Positions 60,094-60,697 of a stretch of DNA of 60,697 nucleotides are shown in pieces. Each line of letters opens with the position of its first letter. Position 1 is the stretch's first letter. The stretch comes from a bacterium (GTDB lineage Bacteria; Patescibacteriota; Minisyncoccia; Minisyncoccales; CG1-02-41-26). Under the pieces are notes generated by a model. That model was not told the origin of the DNA, ran no database searches, and saw only the letters and a list, made by a program, of their open reading frames with translations. The position numbers were made by a program, and so were the translations under genes. Location: positions 1 to 60,697 of the forward strand of contig JAUSHZ010000012.1 in assembly GCA_030648255.1 (NCBI GenBank), given 5' to 3'.

Positions 60094-60290
60094 TTTTTCT
60101 TAAAACAGAGCATACGTAAATGAATAAGAGGACAAGATTTAGCAATAGCTACTTCTTGCCTCTTATTCAACAACAAAATTAAAATTTAATTTTTGAGAAT
60201 TTGAAAAAAGTTTTTAAAAATTAAATTTTAACTTAACAAAGTTGACTTTTTACTTAAAAGGAGTAGAACTAAATAAAGACAATAAAATAT

Positions 60291-60697
60291 ATGAAAGGAG
60301 CGAACAAGTTTTTAATCTCGTTAATTATTCCAGCCATTTTTTTAGTTGGAATTTTTTCTTTTTATCAAACAGCTAATGCCGCTGACCTATGTCAAACAGG
60401 AGACAGGATGTGCGTTAGTGATAGGACATTTAAGTCCTGTGGAGATTATAATAATGATGGATCTCTGGAATGGTCGGAGTCGTACAGTTGTTTCTTAGGA
60501 CAATATTGTTCTTCTGGTAGGTGCTATGACCCAAATGTAACCATAACTCCAGCACCGCCAAGCTGTACAAATGCATGTTCAGCCAATCAAAAACAATGTT
60601 CAACCAATGGACAATACCAACTCTGCGGAAACTATGACACAGACACTTGTTTGGAATGGTCAACCTCTTACACCTGCCCAACAGGCCAGACCTGTGG
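60291..60697 (+). CDS. Partial secreted Cys-rich repeat protein that runs off the right edge
   Basis: Manual translation gives MKGANKFLISLIIPAIFLVGIFSFYQTANA/ADLCQTGDRMC...CGDYNNDGSLEWSESYSC..GQYC....CGNYDTDTCLEWSTSYTCPTGQTC with no stop. It is absent from the ORF track because it is open-ended. Confidence 0.6.
   Translation, partial: MKGANKFLISLIIPAIFLVGIFSFYQTANAADLCQTGDRMCVSDRTFKSCGDYNNDGSLEWSESYSCFLGQYCSSGRCYDPNVTITPAPPSCTNACSANQKQCSTNGQYQLCGNYDTDTCLEWSTSYTCPTGQTC

Noticed and set aside
60430-60681. The 83-aa minus-strand ORF at the right edge
   Set aside because: It is antisense to an open-ended plus-strand ORF starting at 60291 that has a clear signal peptide and a repeated Cys motif.

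Overview
This is a 60.7-kb, visibly low-GC bacterial chromosome fragment. It is gene-dense and almost entirely plus-strand. Housekeeping genes are small and divergent: pgk, a recJ-like gene, rnhA, rnpB RNA, murJ, lepA, prfB with its +1 frameshift, ftsE/ftsX, ftsZ, galU, nnrD-like, trxB, eno, gpmA, gap, both subunits of ADP-forming acetyl-CoA synthetase, and three tRNAs. Other content includes a 3226-aa fibre-like surface protein, LamG and pilin-LamG proteins, four-helix-bundle genes and a membrane-anchored Clp-like ATPase. This content resembles a Candidate Phyla Radiation / Patescibacteria genome, but that placement is inference only.

Three things stand out.

1. At least five families of short palindromic elements saturate the window. 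They occur between genes and also in frame inside essential genes (eno, gap, ftsZ, lepA, trxB, recJ-like, acdA/acdB and the giant gene). An intact RAYT-like Y1 transposase gene is bracketed by exact inverted copies of the core of the commonest family, which is a REPtron-like layout.

2. The accessory block 16.8-37.4 kb holds the giant gene followed by three mosaic multi-LamG surface proteins. Their inter-module linkers are almost identical at the DNA level while the module cores are unrelated. Three four-helix-bundle (Avd / 23S-IVS-protein family) genes are interleaved with them, and each sits in the loop of its own 20-36-bp inverted repeat.

3. A conserved structured leader abuts the start codons of three thiol-redox genes and one membrane glycan-polymerase-like gene.

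No CRISPR array, rRNA gene, reverse transcriptase or prophage was seen. All coordinates were derived by hand from the printed sequence.
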